Positions 11,157 through 23,801 of a DNA stretch of 64,000 nt are shown one piece after another. This DNA is from Podarcis pityusensis (taxonomy: Eukaryota). The notes beneath the pieces are model-generated. The model ran no database searches. It was not told the origin of the DNA and saw nothing but the letters and a program-made list of their open reading frames with translations. The stretch is from the NCBI GenBank assembly GCA_964106645.2, contig OZ067042.1; one strand, 5' to 3'. Every line of letters begins with the position of its first letter. Position 1 is the stretch's first letter. The translations under genes and the position numbers were made by a program.

Positions 11157-13863
11157 GTAACTGCATGGGGAGACTGCGATGGGGGGAAAGGACCTGTGCT
11201 AAGAGATTGTTTGGGAGGCAATGTCTCTCTTACAGAACCCCACACTCATCCTGCCCATTAGACCTTGGGTCCTAGGGTAATCCAGCTCTGCTCTCGCTGC
11301 TCCTGGCTCAGGTTATCGTTCAAAGCTCTGCTGGTATTGCAAAGTGTGCAAGAGACTGCCAGTCTATCAGGGCATAGTCCAGAAGGGTGGATGGAGCACA
11401 AAGCATGTAGGCTAGGCCCAGAATTGGAGTTTGTCCCCATGTTCATTGCTTATCCAAGCCTTTTCCTGAAATGGTAGTAGCAAGTGGCTTCAAAGCTAAA
11501 AATCATCTCTCCTTTCTCTTCATGTCCCAAGACGAGGCAGTTTCTCATTACGTTTGCTATGAGACATTATACAGTACTTGAGGCTCTGAGAAAATATCCT
11601 GTCACAGTTGCGAAATGAGAGTCGTAAGTGGCTTTCTCAACACTCACAATATTTGTGGTGTTTATCCCCCTCCTTTCGTGAAGTTTACATAATTTCCCAT
11701 TTCATTATGTTGAAATAGCATACCTCAACGATGAGCTTGATGCCTATGTTGATCTTTTGATTCTTCCTGCTAGCTTGAATGCTGCTATATGGCAGGGACA
11801 GGGAACCTGTGGTCCTAAATTACAACTCCCATCATCTCTACCCATTGGCTCTGCTGAGTAGGGGCTGATGGGAGATGGAGTCCAATAACGCCTGAAGGGC
11901 CACAGGTTCCCCACCCTGCTCTATATAGGGCTTTCCTTGTCCTTGAGATACCACCTCCAAAAGTCCCTTTTCATAAGAAGCATCTTTACAAAAGCAGCAG
12001 CAGCATCCCAAGACAGGGCAAACCATCCATCTGACCATTTGCCCTGTATCTGTTCCCTTGCAGAGGCACAGCCTTCTGCACTGCATACTCCCAGTGGGAC
12101 AGCTTCCTATCAGTTTCTAGGACAGCCTCTGCTGAAGATTTCAAATCTGTAAAAAATAATCCTTAATTGGATTAAACCAGGTTACAGTCATGGGAATAGG
12201 GTGGGTCCTGAAAACACACTGCTAGAACCCTAATTTGGGCAGTCAGAAGCAGAAGCAGGTTACAGGGCTTAAAAGATGGAATGGAAGAGCAAGTTCAGCA
12301 AACACACATATCTACCTACGTGTGATCAATAGCAAATTCTTTAGCTCAGCAACCACTGGGAGGCAGTGTCCAATTGAACAGAGAACATCCAAAGAGATGT
12401 ATAGCATAGGACACTTGGTAAGATTGGAAACAGGAGCCAGAATCCATGACTTGTCTATAGCTTATCCTACTAGTCAGTGGAATAGGGTACCTTACAAACC
12501 CCCACTTTAAGTGCATATGGCAACTTTGTTTTGTGCACACTGGGTGAGGTGGAGGGCATCTCACAAAATCCATGGTCACATATTTCAACACTCCTCTCCT
12601 AATTTGATGAGCAACATTTTTCATGGATGAGTTTCCACCAGGCTCATTTTGAATTCAGGAGTATCCTTGGAGGCACAGTATATTATTTCATTCCCCAAAC
12701 AAGTGGGAAATTCAGAGGAGCCTTTGCAGGATCATTTTCCTAGGAGGATCACTGCTTGGAGGAGTGAGCAGCAGAGATTTATGGTGCGGCTGTGAAAATC
12801 TGTTTATTTACAAATGAACAGGCAGGGAACCAGGAGTAGCACAAATATTGCCTGTTAGCACAGACCTTGGAATCCAAAGTCTAGCAAGCTCCAAGCACAC
12901 TTCCTGCTTCTTCCTAGTCATCACTTCCAGCATCTAACTTAACACCATCCGTTGAAAAATTGCCCTCCTAAACAACCCTGTCTCTGATCTCCAAGGAAGT
13001 CCTATGGGGTTGACTCTCAAAACTGTAGGATAGCTGGCGGGGGTGGGAGACCCTGGAAAAGGGATGCAAAGTCTAAAACAGCAATAGAGCCTAAGGCAGG
13101 CATTTTAAGAACTTTATTGACTTGCTGGTTTTATGGTTAATTTTCACAATTTTATCATTTTATAGTTTCACAACACACTGGTTAGACATTACAGGGATAA
13201 GCGATAACTTGTTGAAATGAAAATGAACTCTCACTCACCCACACCAGGTAGAATACCCTGAGCGATGGCACCCCCAAAGATTGATCATCCATACCAGATC
13301 TGGGATGCTAAGGAACACCTACCAACTTGTTATAATGACATTTCTCTGTGTGTGGCTTCAGGAGGGTGCCAGAGATGTCCTATTCTCTTCCTTGTTTCAT
13401 GCCAGTATTAAATTAGTGACCCAACTTACAGACCCTCCTATCAGAGTAAGGATCTCAACATGCTCACCTATAGAGCAGATGGCTGGGTTGTGTGTCCTAT
13501 AAAGTTAGGGGCAAGTTTGAAAAGGCTAAAGAAACAATGTCTTCATGCAAATGTCAGGTCACACTCACCTTTCATACTGTTAGTTTTTTATAGCATATAT
13601 ATATGCTGGGGTAACTGTAGACAAAGGATGTCAGAGGTCTTGTACTTTTAATGTTGGTATAAAGCTGGGAGCCTCATAAGGGTCAGCTTCACACATTAAA
13701 TACCTTTTCTACCTAACTATTAAAAGATAAAGGAGCTTTGTCCTTCTTTACATCTAGGCCAACCCTTGTCTGCTTACTCCTTCTCTCTGCTTTTCTTTCT
13801 TCTTCTCTGAAGAGAAGCAGAGTGGTGCTACATCTCATTTAACCCACCCTAGGACACAGAATA

Positions 13864-14225
13864 GGGACGTGGGTGGCACTGTGGGTTAAACCACAGAGCC
13901 TAGGACTTGCCGATCAGAAGGTCGGCGCTTCGAATCCCCGTGACGGGGTGAGCTCCTGTTGCTCAGTCCCTGCTTCTGCCAACCTAGCAGTTCAAAAGCA
14001 CGTCAAAGTGCAAGTAGATAAATAGGTACCACTCCGGCAGGAAGGTAAACGGCGTTTCCATGCGTGGCTCTGGTTCTCCAGAAGTGGCTTAGTTATGCTG
14101 GCCACATGACCTGGAAGCTGTCTGCGGACAAACGCTGGCTTCCTCAGCCAATAAAGCGAGATGAGCGCCGCAACCCCAGAGTCGGTCACGACTGGACCTA
14201 ATGGTCAGGGGTCCCTTTACCTTTA
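13864..14225 (+). mobile_element. Full-length Sauria SINE with 15-bp TSD
   Basis: tRNA-like head GGGACGTGGGTGGCACTGTGGGTTAAACC, tail GTCCCTTTACCTTTA; TSD CCTAGGACACAGAAT at 13848-13862 and 14226-14240. Confidence 0.93.
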
Positions 14226-14439
14226 CCTAGGACACAGAATGGCCCAGGGGTGGGTCCCACCATGTCCTCACGCATTCCACCAGGATGGATAGCCAAAAGA
14301 GGCTCCATAGCTTACCATGGAGCATTTCACCTGCCTGGATTAATAGTAAGCATTCCCCTCAATACATAGCTATAAGTCCAAGAAGAAGGCTGGTCCTCAG
14401 CTTCATTTATCACTGCTGTAGTCATGACATGATGACATG

Positions 14440-14776
14440 ACCATTCCCCAACTGTGGCTCATGGATCATCAGAGGCCCCCAAGATTCATTCAGGTGATCC
14501 ATGGCATGTTCATATTAAATGCTCACAGCAATTTTTAACTGTATTTTTTATTGCTTCTTTTATTGTCTTGTAAGTTATTATACTTATTATTCCATAGAAT
14601 TCAAATTGTAGCACAAGATATAAAAAAGAAGCAATACAAAATACTATACAAAACCATGCAGCTTATAGCCCAGCACATTACAATTGTTACAACAAGCAGA
14701 AAAATCATTAACTGGTCCGCCAAGACCCTCAGCAATTTTCAAGTGGTCCATGGGGAGAAACGTTTGAATATCACTG
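14440..14776. mobile_element. hAT-like non-autonomous DNA transposon remnant
   Basis: Ends TTCCCCAACTGTGG... / ...GTGGTCCATGGGGAGAAACGTTTGAATATCACTG resemble hAT/Charlie MITE termini. Confidence 0.45.
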
Positions 14777-15367
14777 GCTTAGCCTACACTTCAGGCTATT
14801 CCCTCCAGTCAGCCCAGACCACCAGAATGTTGTTTTGCCCTTGACTGACAGGTTCGCGTCATACAACACAGAGCCTTGGTTTCCCTCATCCTCTCCCATC
14901 AAATATCTCCTTTGATTTATATCATTTTAACCCTCACGCATGCACTTTTAGGGGGCTGGAAGATAGTAAAATTAAATGGAATGTTATTTAACTGGGGCAA
15001 ATATAGGGGTTTGTATAACGGGGGAAATTAAGAGGTGGATAAAGAATCAGTTAAACGAGAAACAAATATTCCCCCCTCAAAAAAAAATAAAAATAAGAAG
15101 CCTTATCCAGCTGTTCAAAAGGCTTTCCAATAAGGATTACGGGCTTCCTGTTTGGGTGAGCCAAACTCCCAAACCTTCTGTTAGTTCAAGATACTACATG
15201 ACAGGCCAAAGAAAGTTCGTGACGAGGCAGATGATCTGGGATTGAGAATAATCATTATTAGATGTGGGCTGCCCATGAGAATACAGCCAGGAAGTTGCAG
15301 GGCCAGAGCTGTGAGCAATATCCCAAACATTTGGCAGGTGAGGACTCACTTTTTTTCCATCTTGCAG

Positions 15368-15445
15368 TGTCAAAGATCTGCACCCAATGTGAGATGGAGC
15401 ACAAGGCAGATGGCATCATGGAGCAAATGTGTTCCAGTGACTTTG
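15368..15445 (+). CDS. SFRP5: SFRP5 coding exon 2 (start of NTR domain)
   Basis: ttccatcttgcag|TGTCAAAG; VSKICTQCEMEHKADGIMEQMCSSDF; donor TTG|GTGAGT; 78 nt, phase 1-1. Confidence 0.97.
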
Positions 15446-15732
15446 GTGAGTCATCCGTTCAAAGCAGCAGGGATTGGGGAGTCTCCGCTTGGGGCATCTG
15501 AGAGTAAAGCTGAAGCTCCGCAGAACAACTGTTGAGAATGTGTTGCAAATTCTTTACTTGCATTCCCCTATTTTCTACAACTTACTGGGATTCAAGGTTC
15601 CCTTTGAACCCCAGCCTTTGCCATCAGACCTCCAACAACTTCCAGCTTGTTTCTGGCCCAAAGCAAGGTACTGTTTTTGACCTAGAAAGCCTTACAACTC
15701 CACTCCATTGCTTAGGACAGAGCTTGTATTTT

Positions 15733-15980
15733 GAAGAAGAAGAGAAGAAGAGTTTTGGATTTGCTATCCCGCCTTTCACTCCCCTTCAGGAGTCTCAAAG
15801 CGGCTAACATTCTCCTTTCCCTTCCTCCCCCACAACAAACACTCTGTGAGGTGAGTGGGGCTGAGAGAGTGTGACTGGCCCAAGGTCACCCAGCAGCTGC
15901 ATGTGGAGGAGCGGAGACGTGAACCCGGTTCCCCAGATTACGTGATTACCGCTCTTAACCACTACACCACACTGGCTCTC
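15733..15980 (-). mobile_element. Young tRNA-derived SINE (Squam3-like) with (CTT)n tail
   Basis: Near-identical reverse complement of 42216-42468; A/B-box-like head. Confidence 0.88.
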
Positions 15981-16925
15981 AATTTTGCTGGCAGAAGGTC
16001 CCAGCATTCCAGGTGGAATGGGAAAAACCACTGTCCAAAGCTTTGCAGAGTCACTATCTACCACTGTCAATCAAGAGTGGCTAAGGCCCGTGTTGCTCCA
16101 GATATTGTTGGACTCCATCATCCCTGATAACTAACCAAGGCTGGTGAGAGTTTGAGTCCAACATCAGAAGGGTCACGTGGTTAGTCACCCCTGGTGTGTA
16201 GACAATATTGAACTGTTAGTATGACTCAGTGTAAGGCAGCTTCTTATGTTTAGGAGCAGACTGAGTCCAAGGTATCTGAAGAAGCACCCTCTGAACCTGC
16301 ATGCTATGCAAGGCCCTTTGAGTATTTCCACACCTGGAAATTAGGGAAGAGGCCCTTTTAGGTGGAAAGACCCCGGATGTGGATTGCCTCCCCACATAGA
16401 TTAGCTTGGCACAAACAATATCTTTTAGACGGTAGGCCTGTGATTAGAGTGTTGAACTAGGACCCCCAAACATCTATTTAATTGTGCAATCTTGATTTGT
16501 TCTCATTACATTATTCGGGTGGTTATGGTGGATCCCACTTTCAATAGTACCTGTGCATACAAAGTTTTTAAGGCACCTATGGTCAAAGGTCCCTTTACCT
16601 TTACCTTTTTACAGTTTACTTGCCAATCCATGAATGTCCTGTAGCTTCCTGCTGAGCTCCTGTAACTTTCCATGCTGCAAATGTTCAAATGTTGGTTGGT
16701 TTGTTTTGCACTATAGTGCAAGGTATCCCTGCAGATGGCAATAATGTGGTAATATCGGGGAAGCATTGCAGAACCATTAGTAAAGCGGAACTATGTGTGA
16801 GTGGTCCGGTCTAAACCCATAATTAATGCACAATTATTGTGCGAATGACATGTTGCAGAAATATATAAATAAAAGTTAAGACCAGCATTCTGGAGGCACG
16901 GCTCCAGATCTGAAGAAACCAAGAT

Positions 16926-17015
16926 CATAGCTGTCAACTTTTCCCTTTTCTTGCGAGGAATCCTATTCAGAATAAGGGAATTTCCCTTTTAAAAAGGGAA
17001 ACATTGACAGCTATG
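16926..17015. mobile_element. 90-bp hAT-type MITE with 8-bp TSD
   Basis: TIRs CATAGCTGTCAA / TTGACAGCTATG; TSD ACCAAGAT at 16918-16925 and 17016-17023. Confidence 0.85.
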
Positions 17016-19308
17016 ACCAAGATGCAAATCCCCACTTGGCCATAGAACTCCCTGGGTAACCTTAGCCTAGTCCAACTAACTTTATAGGGTTATTGTGAGG
17101 ACAGGAGGTTGGGGGGAGGGAGAGAGACATACGCATGGACTTGTGTTTCTAGTAGGAAACAAGGATAAACATGCAAAATAAGCAAAGAAAGCATGTCAGG
17201 CCTGCTTGTCTGTTTGCTTAAGCTATTAACTAGTTGTAACTATTTCATCAGTATTATTTCTGCTGGTGTTTTTTATATCATCTGTATTTTTTAATCTATG
17301 TTAATTTGGTCTTAATTAGGCTTAACACCATGCAGAATTCATTCATTGCCCTGAAGACTGTTTATACTGGAAAATCAACATACACATTTTTAAAACAAAT
17401 CATCATAAAAATAAAACGTGATGTGCCTCATTCCAGAAGAAAGGAGGCCGGCCTACTACTTCAGATGATAATCCCAGAAAAACAGTTAAAAACGCTGAAA
17501 ATAGGAGGCAAGGATCAGAGAGGTTTGTCAGATCTGTCTCCCAGCAACTCCCCTTTGAGGCATCCATCTCTTTGATGAACTCTTGGCTTCAACAGCGATG
17601 TTCCCAGTTGACCATGGCAAAGAGGGTTCAGGCTGACACAGTGTGGTTAAAAAAAAAAAGTTAAAACAAAGCAGTGCAGTATCCACCCAGAAGCTCTTTT
17701 TGCTTCAGATTTCAGCATGACCAGTAAGGCAGTTTATACTGGTGCTAACAAGATATACACAGGAGAGACCCATCCAGAAAGTGGTCAGAAATCAACACCT
17801 TTACCTTCTTTCCTTGACACACGTCATACAAGCTGGTTCCAGGGTAGAACACCACTTTTTCTCAACACACAAGACCAGGCAATTTGGATCATCAGCTGTT
17901 GATTATGCATCTTGGGCATGATGTGTGGGAGGCCAAGAACCACTTCACATGAGATATTTCCCCCACACATGATATGGCTGCCAGCCATCTATAGGATCCT
18001 CTTCACATATAAAATCAGTGCATGGATACAATCACAGTGATTTCCACAATTATGCAGCGGCTGCAAAGTCCTGCTATAGTCAACAAAATTGATCCTTGAG
18101 GTAACTAACCCTGTACTTCCAAAAATAAAGCTATTAAGATATACTGCATTTTCCATGCTTTTATGAAGCCAACCTACTTGCTATTGGAAATGCATTATTG
18201 GCACTATATGTATACATTACACGCATGTGATGAGAACAGAATTTCACCTTATCCTAAACACACAGATTAAAAACAAGGACGCAAAAAAAAAATACCTAAA
18301 AGCTTATAAAATAACACCAACCAATTCATAGCAATCCAAGAAATATGGTTAGATTTTTATTTATTTTTAAATGGTATTTAGAACTCCTGCATAAGGAACT
18401 TCTGTACAAGAATATGTCACTGCATCTGACAAAGTTGAGAAGCATCTGGGATTCAAGGGGGTCACAGAACTTCACTAAATATTGATTATATTTTATTGAT
18501 TGCACTGAGTTTCCCCATGTTTTTCTACATGTTGTTGCCATATGACTCTTACTACAATCGTGGATTCAGCCATCTGAAGTTTTTTAATTGCATAGGTTCT
18601 GTGCAAGGTTGTGCTTCCTAAGCTTTTAGATTGTAACCTTGTTTTCAAATCTTTTATAAGGTCAAATTCTATTATTATCACAGGCTTGCATAAATATTGC
18701 AAATGCGTTTTTTGGCCCTATAGTTATTACGTTGACATTATAGAAAGGTGGAAAATACACTACTGTGTATTATTTATTTATAGCTTTTTTAACCTTGATT
18801 TTTGTGTTGTTTATTTCTGGCATGCAGTCAGATATTTTCTTTCATTTCTGGTTTTTGTAGGAGTAGGCTGGAGCATTCATCGCTCCACTCCTGGACTAAG
18901 GACAAAAACCTGGACGACTTGCACCTGTTGAGGAACCTTACTCCAATGAACCTGTGATGGGTTTAAAAGCTTAATAGATGGTGACTTGTCTTTTTGTCAA
19001 ATACAAATCTATCATTTACAAACAAATATACTCAATAGGAAGTTGAAGAGGAATTCCATGACCTCTCATTCAGTCAGAGGAGACAAAGCAGATCCTGACA
19101 GTCTGTGTGACCCCACTCTATTACCTACTCCTCATCTCTCCTTGGTGACTTTTTTTTTAACAGGGCCAAATACGTAGCTGTCAAACAAGTCAGTCCTCCT
19201 AATCCCTGTCCTTATGAACTCACACCCCCTCTTCTTGTTCCTTCACTTTGACTTCACCCAACTGCCTGTAAGCTCCTAACACAATCTGCTTCCCATTTAC
19301 CCCTACAG

Positions 19309-19652
19309 TGGTGAAGATGCGCATCAAGGAGATCAAGAAAGAGAATGGGGAGAGGCGATTGGTGGCTGCGCAGAAGAAGAAAAAGCTCCTCAAAGTGGGG
19401 CCGTTGAAGCGCAAGGACACCAAGAAGCTGGTGCTGCACATGAAGAACGCAGGTGCCTGCCCCTGCCCCCAGCTTGATGACCTCAGTGGCAGCTTTCTGG
19501 TGATGGGGCGAAAGGTGGGTGGGCGGTTGCTAGTCTTGGCCATTTACCGCTGGGAGAAGAAGAATAAGGAGATGAAATTTGCTGTCAAATTCATGTTCTC
19601 CTACCCTTGTTCCATGCACTACCCCTTCTTCTATGGGGCAGACCCCCACTGA
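19309..19652 (+). CDS. SFRP5: SFRP5 coding exon 3 (NTR domain, stop)
   Basis: cccctacag|TG GTG AAG ATG; VVKMRIKEIKKENGERRLVAAQKKKKLLK...CPCPQLDDLSGSFLVMGRKV...MKFAVKFMFSYPCS; TGA 19650-19652. Confidence 0.97.
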
Positions 19653-20543
19653 ATCCCCACTCATTCCAAGAACCCTGCTCACTCTTCTTCACAGCGCTCC
19701 CCACACTTTTTGGTTCCCCACTCGTAGCCCACAGAATACCCTTTTTTATATGGGCTGACCTACAGAAAGCCACATACTGTTGGGAGCCCATCCCTGCAAC
19801 AGGACTCTTTCTTCTAAAGCACAAACTCCATTAGGACCAGCTCCATTAAGTTCCAGATCAGAGTTCTGCCCATCTTGGAAGCTTTGGAGAACATGCAGAA
19901 ATCCACCTCATTCCCAACACACCTTCACTAGAAGAATAAGTCTTAGCACCTGCAAGCAAACATCTCTTATCAATCCCAGTACACCCAAGCTCCAATAGAG
20001 GCTGAATCACACAGAATTTTAGTTGCAACCTTTAGTGGAACATTTAAGGAAAATCCCAGTCCATTCTTAATTCCTACTAGTGAGAAGCCAAAGATTTTGA
20101 AACATTATGAGCAGAGCAACCAATGCTTTCCAGTCGCAACCTTTCATTTTCATAGTGCATTGAACTACTTAGTTACAGGGATGGGAAACCTGCGGCCCAC
20201 TAGATATTGTCAGACTCCAAATCCCACATTCCCAGCTAGCAAACCTAATGGGCAGGGATATTGAGTGCTGTGGTCCAGCAACATCTGGAGAGTCTAACAT
20301 CCCCATCCCATCCCTGACTTAGTAGGAGTTGGCCAGGCGCAGTATGAAGCTCTAAACATCTCAGACTGCCAGACACCAGATGCGTTGTACAAGCTACAAT
20401 GTCCCAACTAATACTTCACTGGACTGACAATCCCCAGTTCTGGCCTCCTCTCCTAGGTTCTGCATAGCATCTTCTCAAGCCATGTAGAACCTTAAGCAGA
20501 CACTAAGCAAGGCCTCCCTAGAAGCCTCCCCCAATTTTCAGCT

Positions 20544-21091
20544 CATAGAATCATAGAATCATAGAGTTGGAAGAGACCACAAGGGCCATCGAGTCCAACC
20601 CCCTGCCAAGCAGGAAACACCATCAGAGCACTCCTGACATATGGTTGTCAAGCCTCTGCTTAAAGACCTCCAAAGAAGGAGACTCCACCACACTCCTTGG
20701 CAGAAAATTCCACTGTCGAACAGCTCTTACTGTCAGGAAGTTCTTCCTAATGTTTAGGTGGAATCTTCTTTCTTGTAGTTTGGATCCATTGCTCCGTGTC
20801 CGCTTCTCTGGAGCAGCAGAAAACAACCTTTCTCCCTCCTCTATGTGACATCCTTTTATATATTTGAACATGGCTATCATATCACCCCTTAACCTCCTCT
20901 TCTCCAGGCTAAACATGCCCAGCTCCCTTAGCCGTTCCTCATAAGGCATCGTTTCCAGGCCTTTGACCATTTTGGTTGCCCTCCTCTGGACACGTTCCAG
21001 TTTGTCAGTGTCCTTCTTGAACTGTGGTGCCCAGAACTGGACACAGTACTCCAGGTGAGGTCTGACCAGAGCAGAATACAGTGGCATGACC
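20544..21091 (-). mobile_element. Young 5'-truncated CR1 LINE (ORF2 C-terminus + 3' UTR with (ATTCTATG)n tail)
   Basis: Uninterrupted ORF 20623..21093(-) [44 protein letters not shown]...; CATAGAAT repeats at 20544. Confidence 0.95.
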
Positions 21092-21727
21092 ATTGGCTAC
21101 TACTCTGGCTGGGAGTGATGAAAGTTGTTGTCCAGGTTGCAGGAGGCTGCTGGTCTGTTATATGATTGTGATGCTTGAAGGCAGGTGACACCCCTCAACT
21201 AAAAAGTCCAGGTCTTCTGTCATGACATGGTCATCATTGCATCGGCATCTTTTGAGGCACAGATCTGTACAGCATCCTTAAACATCATGGGGCAGATCCC
21301 CCCCATAGATTTTGAACACATTCAACACACATCTAAAGCCCATGACTTCCTCCCCCCCCCCCAAAAAAAATTTATAATCCTGGGAACTGTAGTTTGGTAA
21401 GGGGATTGGGAATTGCAGCTGTATGAGGGTGAAACAATGATTCCCATGATTATTCATGATTTAAATGTCATGATTTAAGTGTGCACTGAATGTGCTTTGA
21501 ATGTATGGTAGGGATCTGTGTGTGGCAATACCAAGCGAGGTATGAGGCAGTGACTTGGAACTGTTCCTAACACAAACACTCTGCCTGAGGCCTTCATGGT
21601 CCCTTACAGAGTAATAGACATCAAGTGGTCTATAGGTTTAATTATTCAAGACCATTTGTAATTGGGGATGGACGGATCACTTTGCTATATGAAACCGTTT
21701 ATGTGAAGTTTCACTGAAAAATATGCC

Positions 21728-22386
21728 TGTCACCAATTCTGCCTCCTTCCCCTCTCCATGTTTACTTGCCTATGGGCCTGTAGAAATATCATGACTATAC
21801 CAAGTAGGTTAGTGCGCCAACCCCAGAGGAGCACATCAGACCTGTGCATGCACCAGTGAGGAACCAAACCACCAACTGGGCCTGCCGGGTGGCTGTGTCC
21901 ACCACACAGGATGCCAGACCACCAACTGAGCCTGCCCGACAGATGGCAAACACAGGACGAATGTGTCTCCCTGGGGCCCTTCCATCTGGCAGTTTTCCAG
22001 ACTCCTGAATGGTCAAGACCAGCTGGCAAGTTAACCCTGGAGCGAATATTTATAGCATCAGCACTGCCAGTTTCACCGCTCCCCACACCAGCTGTGGGGG
22101 AGTGGGGGCTGCCCAACACAAAGCAAGCTGTAGGAATTGAGTCTGGCTCCCACACACAGAGGGGTTTTTCACTGGGGCTCATTCCCAGCCAAAGTTTGCT
22201 GAGGAAGAGAGGGTGGTAGCTGAGGAGCTCTTGAAAGAACCTCTCTTCCACTCAGGGAATCCTCCGCCCTCAGATTTTCCAGATGAGCTGCTTCGCAAAT
22301 CATACAGCATGTCACACACACAACTTACTGTTGAGTTCATGGTTTTTGGCCACAACTGCGTGTCATGACTCACTTTTCCCTGCACA
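21728..22386. mobile_element. Possible solo LTR
   Basis: GC-richer block with TG...CA ends and an internal TATTTATAG; no TSD confirmed. Confidence 0.3.
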
Positions 22387-23795
22387 CTACTGAGAGGATG
22401 TTGTTGAAGATTCAGCCACCAGTTCGATCAGTTTTTGTACACTGAAGTGGTGGTAGTCGGGTGTTGCCATCTTGTCCTTTGCCTCAAACCGCTAAGTGTC
22501 TTTGGCTAGCCTTGCCTTTTGTCATGGCAAACTTGCCGTCCTGCTGGAGGGTGCTGAGGGAAAACGACTGGGCTGGTAATGTCTCACACACAGTCCCCTC
22601 AAAAATGTGAGCTATTTTGTTCCCCCTAGGACTTCAATCCCCTTCAGATTGTGAACTGGGATATATTTACAAGCTAGGTCATTCCCCACTGTTCTTACAT
22701 TTTGATTTATATGGCCTGCACATCACTTGGACACTGACAGATTCTCATGGCACCTGACTGCTTCAGCTTTCCAATATCCACTCTAATAAATCCCATAGAA
22801 CTTATCCTGATCACCATCTTGCCTGCTTGGTTTTGCCACCATTTTGCTGAAATTTTCATTGACCCTCGTTTCATCTCGGGGACATGCATGCAGATCTTAA
22901 GACAACTCTTGCTCTTGCTGTGTTCTCTATCATTCAGGATTTTTTCATTATTTTTATTAATCCAAGTCTTTCATTTAAAAAGTGTTCCAGCTTCATTTTA
23001 TGAGGTGCTTTTTAAAAAAAATAAAAAATGAATCTTTCACAAAATGAAGCTGGAGCACTCATGTTGTGGCATCTGCATAGCATTTCCAGCTCAGCCAAGT
23101 ATTCATAAAATATTTATTTTCTGCTTATGGCAGATCCAAATTCAAAATTAATTCCCATTGATATCATAACTAACTTGCCCCATTGATTTCAGTGGGAATT
23201 AGGTCTGGCCCAGCCCCAATGTTTTGAGTCATATGCTGTATTCATGCTGCATTTATTTCATGTCAAGGTCATCAGGGACACTGAATTCTGGCATCATTGT
23301 TGTGTTTAGAGTACTGCCATTATCATTCTGGTAACAGCAGGCTTTAATCATGAATGTAGCACTCCATTTTCAGTTCCCCTAATCAACAGATAATCAATGA
23401 GAAAGCTAAGCAAGTTCTTCTGCCTCAAATTTGCTTGCAAAAGCCAACTTATACATTCCACTCATTTGACTTTTATCTCAACATTATTATTTATGGATAC
23501 TTGTGGATTTTTTAAAAAGGCACTGGGTTTATCAAATTAATATTAATTTTTTTCAGAAGCATCCTTCATAATTTAATTTGAAATGACACTTCTTTTTGAT
23601 GCAGAAATACTAATAAGCCACAGGAAATTACCTGCAACTTTAGCGTCTGATTTCATTGCAGCACTAAACTCCACTCTTCACTTCCCTCATTGCCATGTCC
23701 ATACAGGCCCTGTTAAGAGTTCCCCCACAGCAGCACAGTGGTTCTTGGGTCTAGCTTGCAGCACTGCCACTTCCTTACATCTGCGATCACACGGC

Positions 23796-23801
23796 AATAA
23801 A
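23796..23801 (+). terminator. Candidate SFRP5 distal poly(A) signal AATAAA
   Basis: AATAAA ending an AU-rich, apparently non-repetitive block; other AATAAA at 22785 and 23020. Confidence 0.4.

Noticed and set aside
10129-11245. Long ORFs 10129..10773(+) and 10640..11245(-)
   Set aside because: Non-ATG shadow ORFs over the GC-rich SFRP5 promoter and exon 1; no recognisable domain.
11157-11275. C-terminal 39 aa of the 213-aa SFRP5 ORF in the track
   Set aside because: Intron read-through past the canonical donor at 11157.
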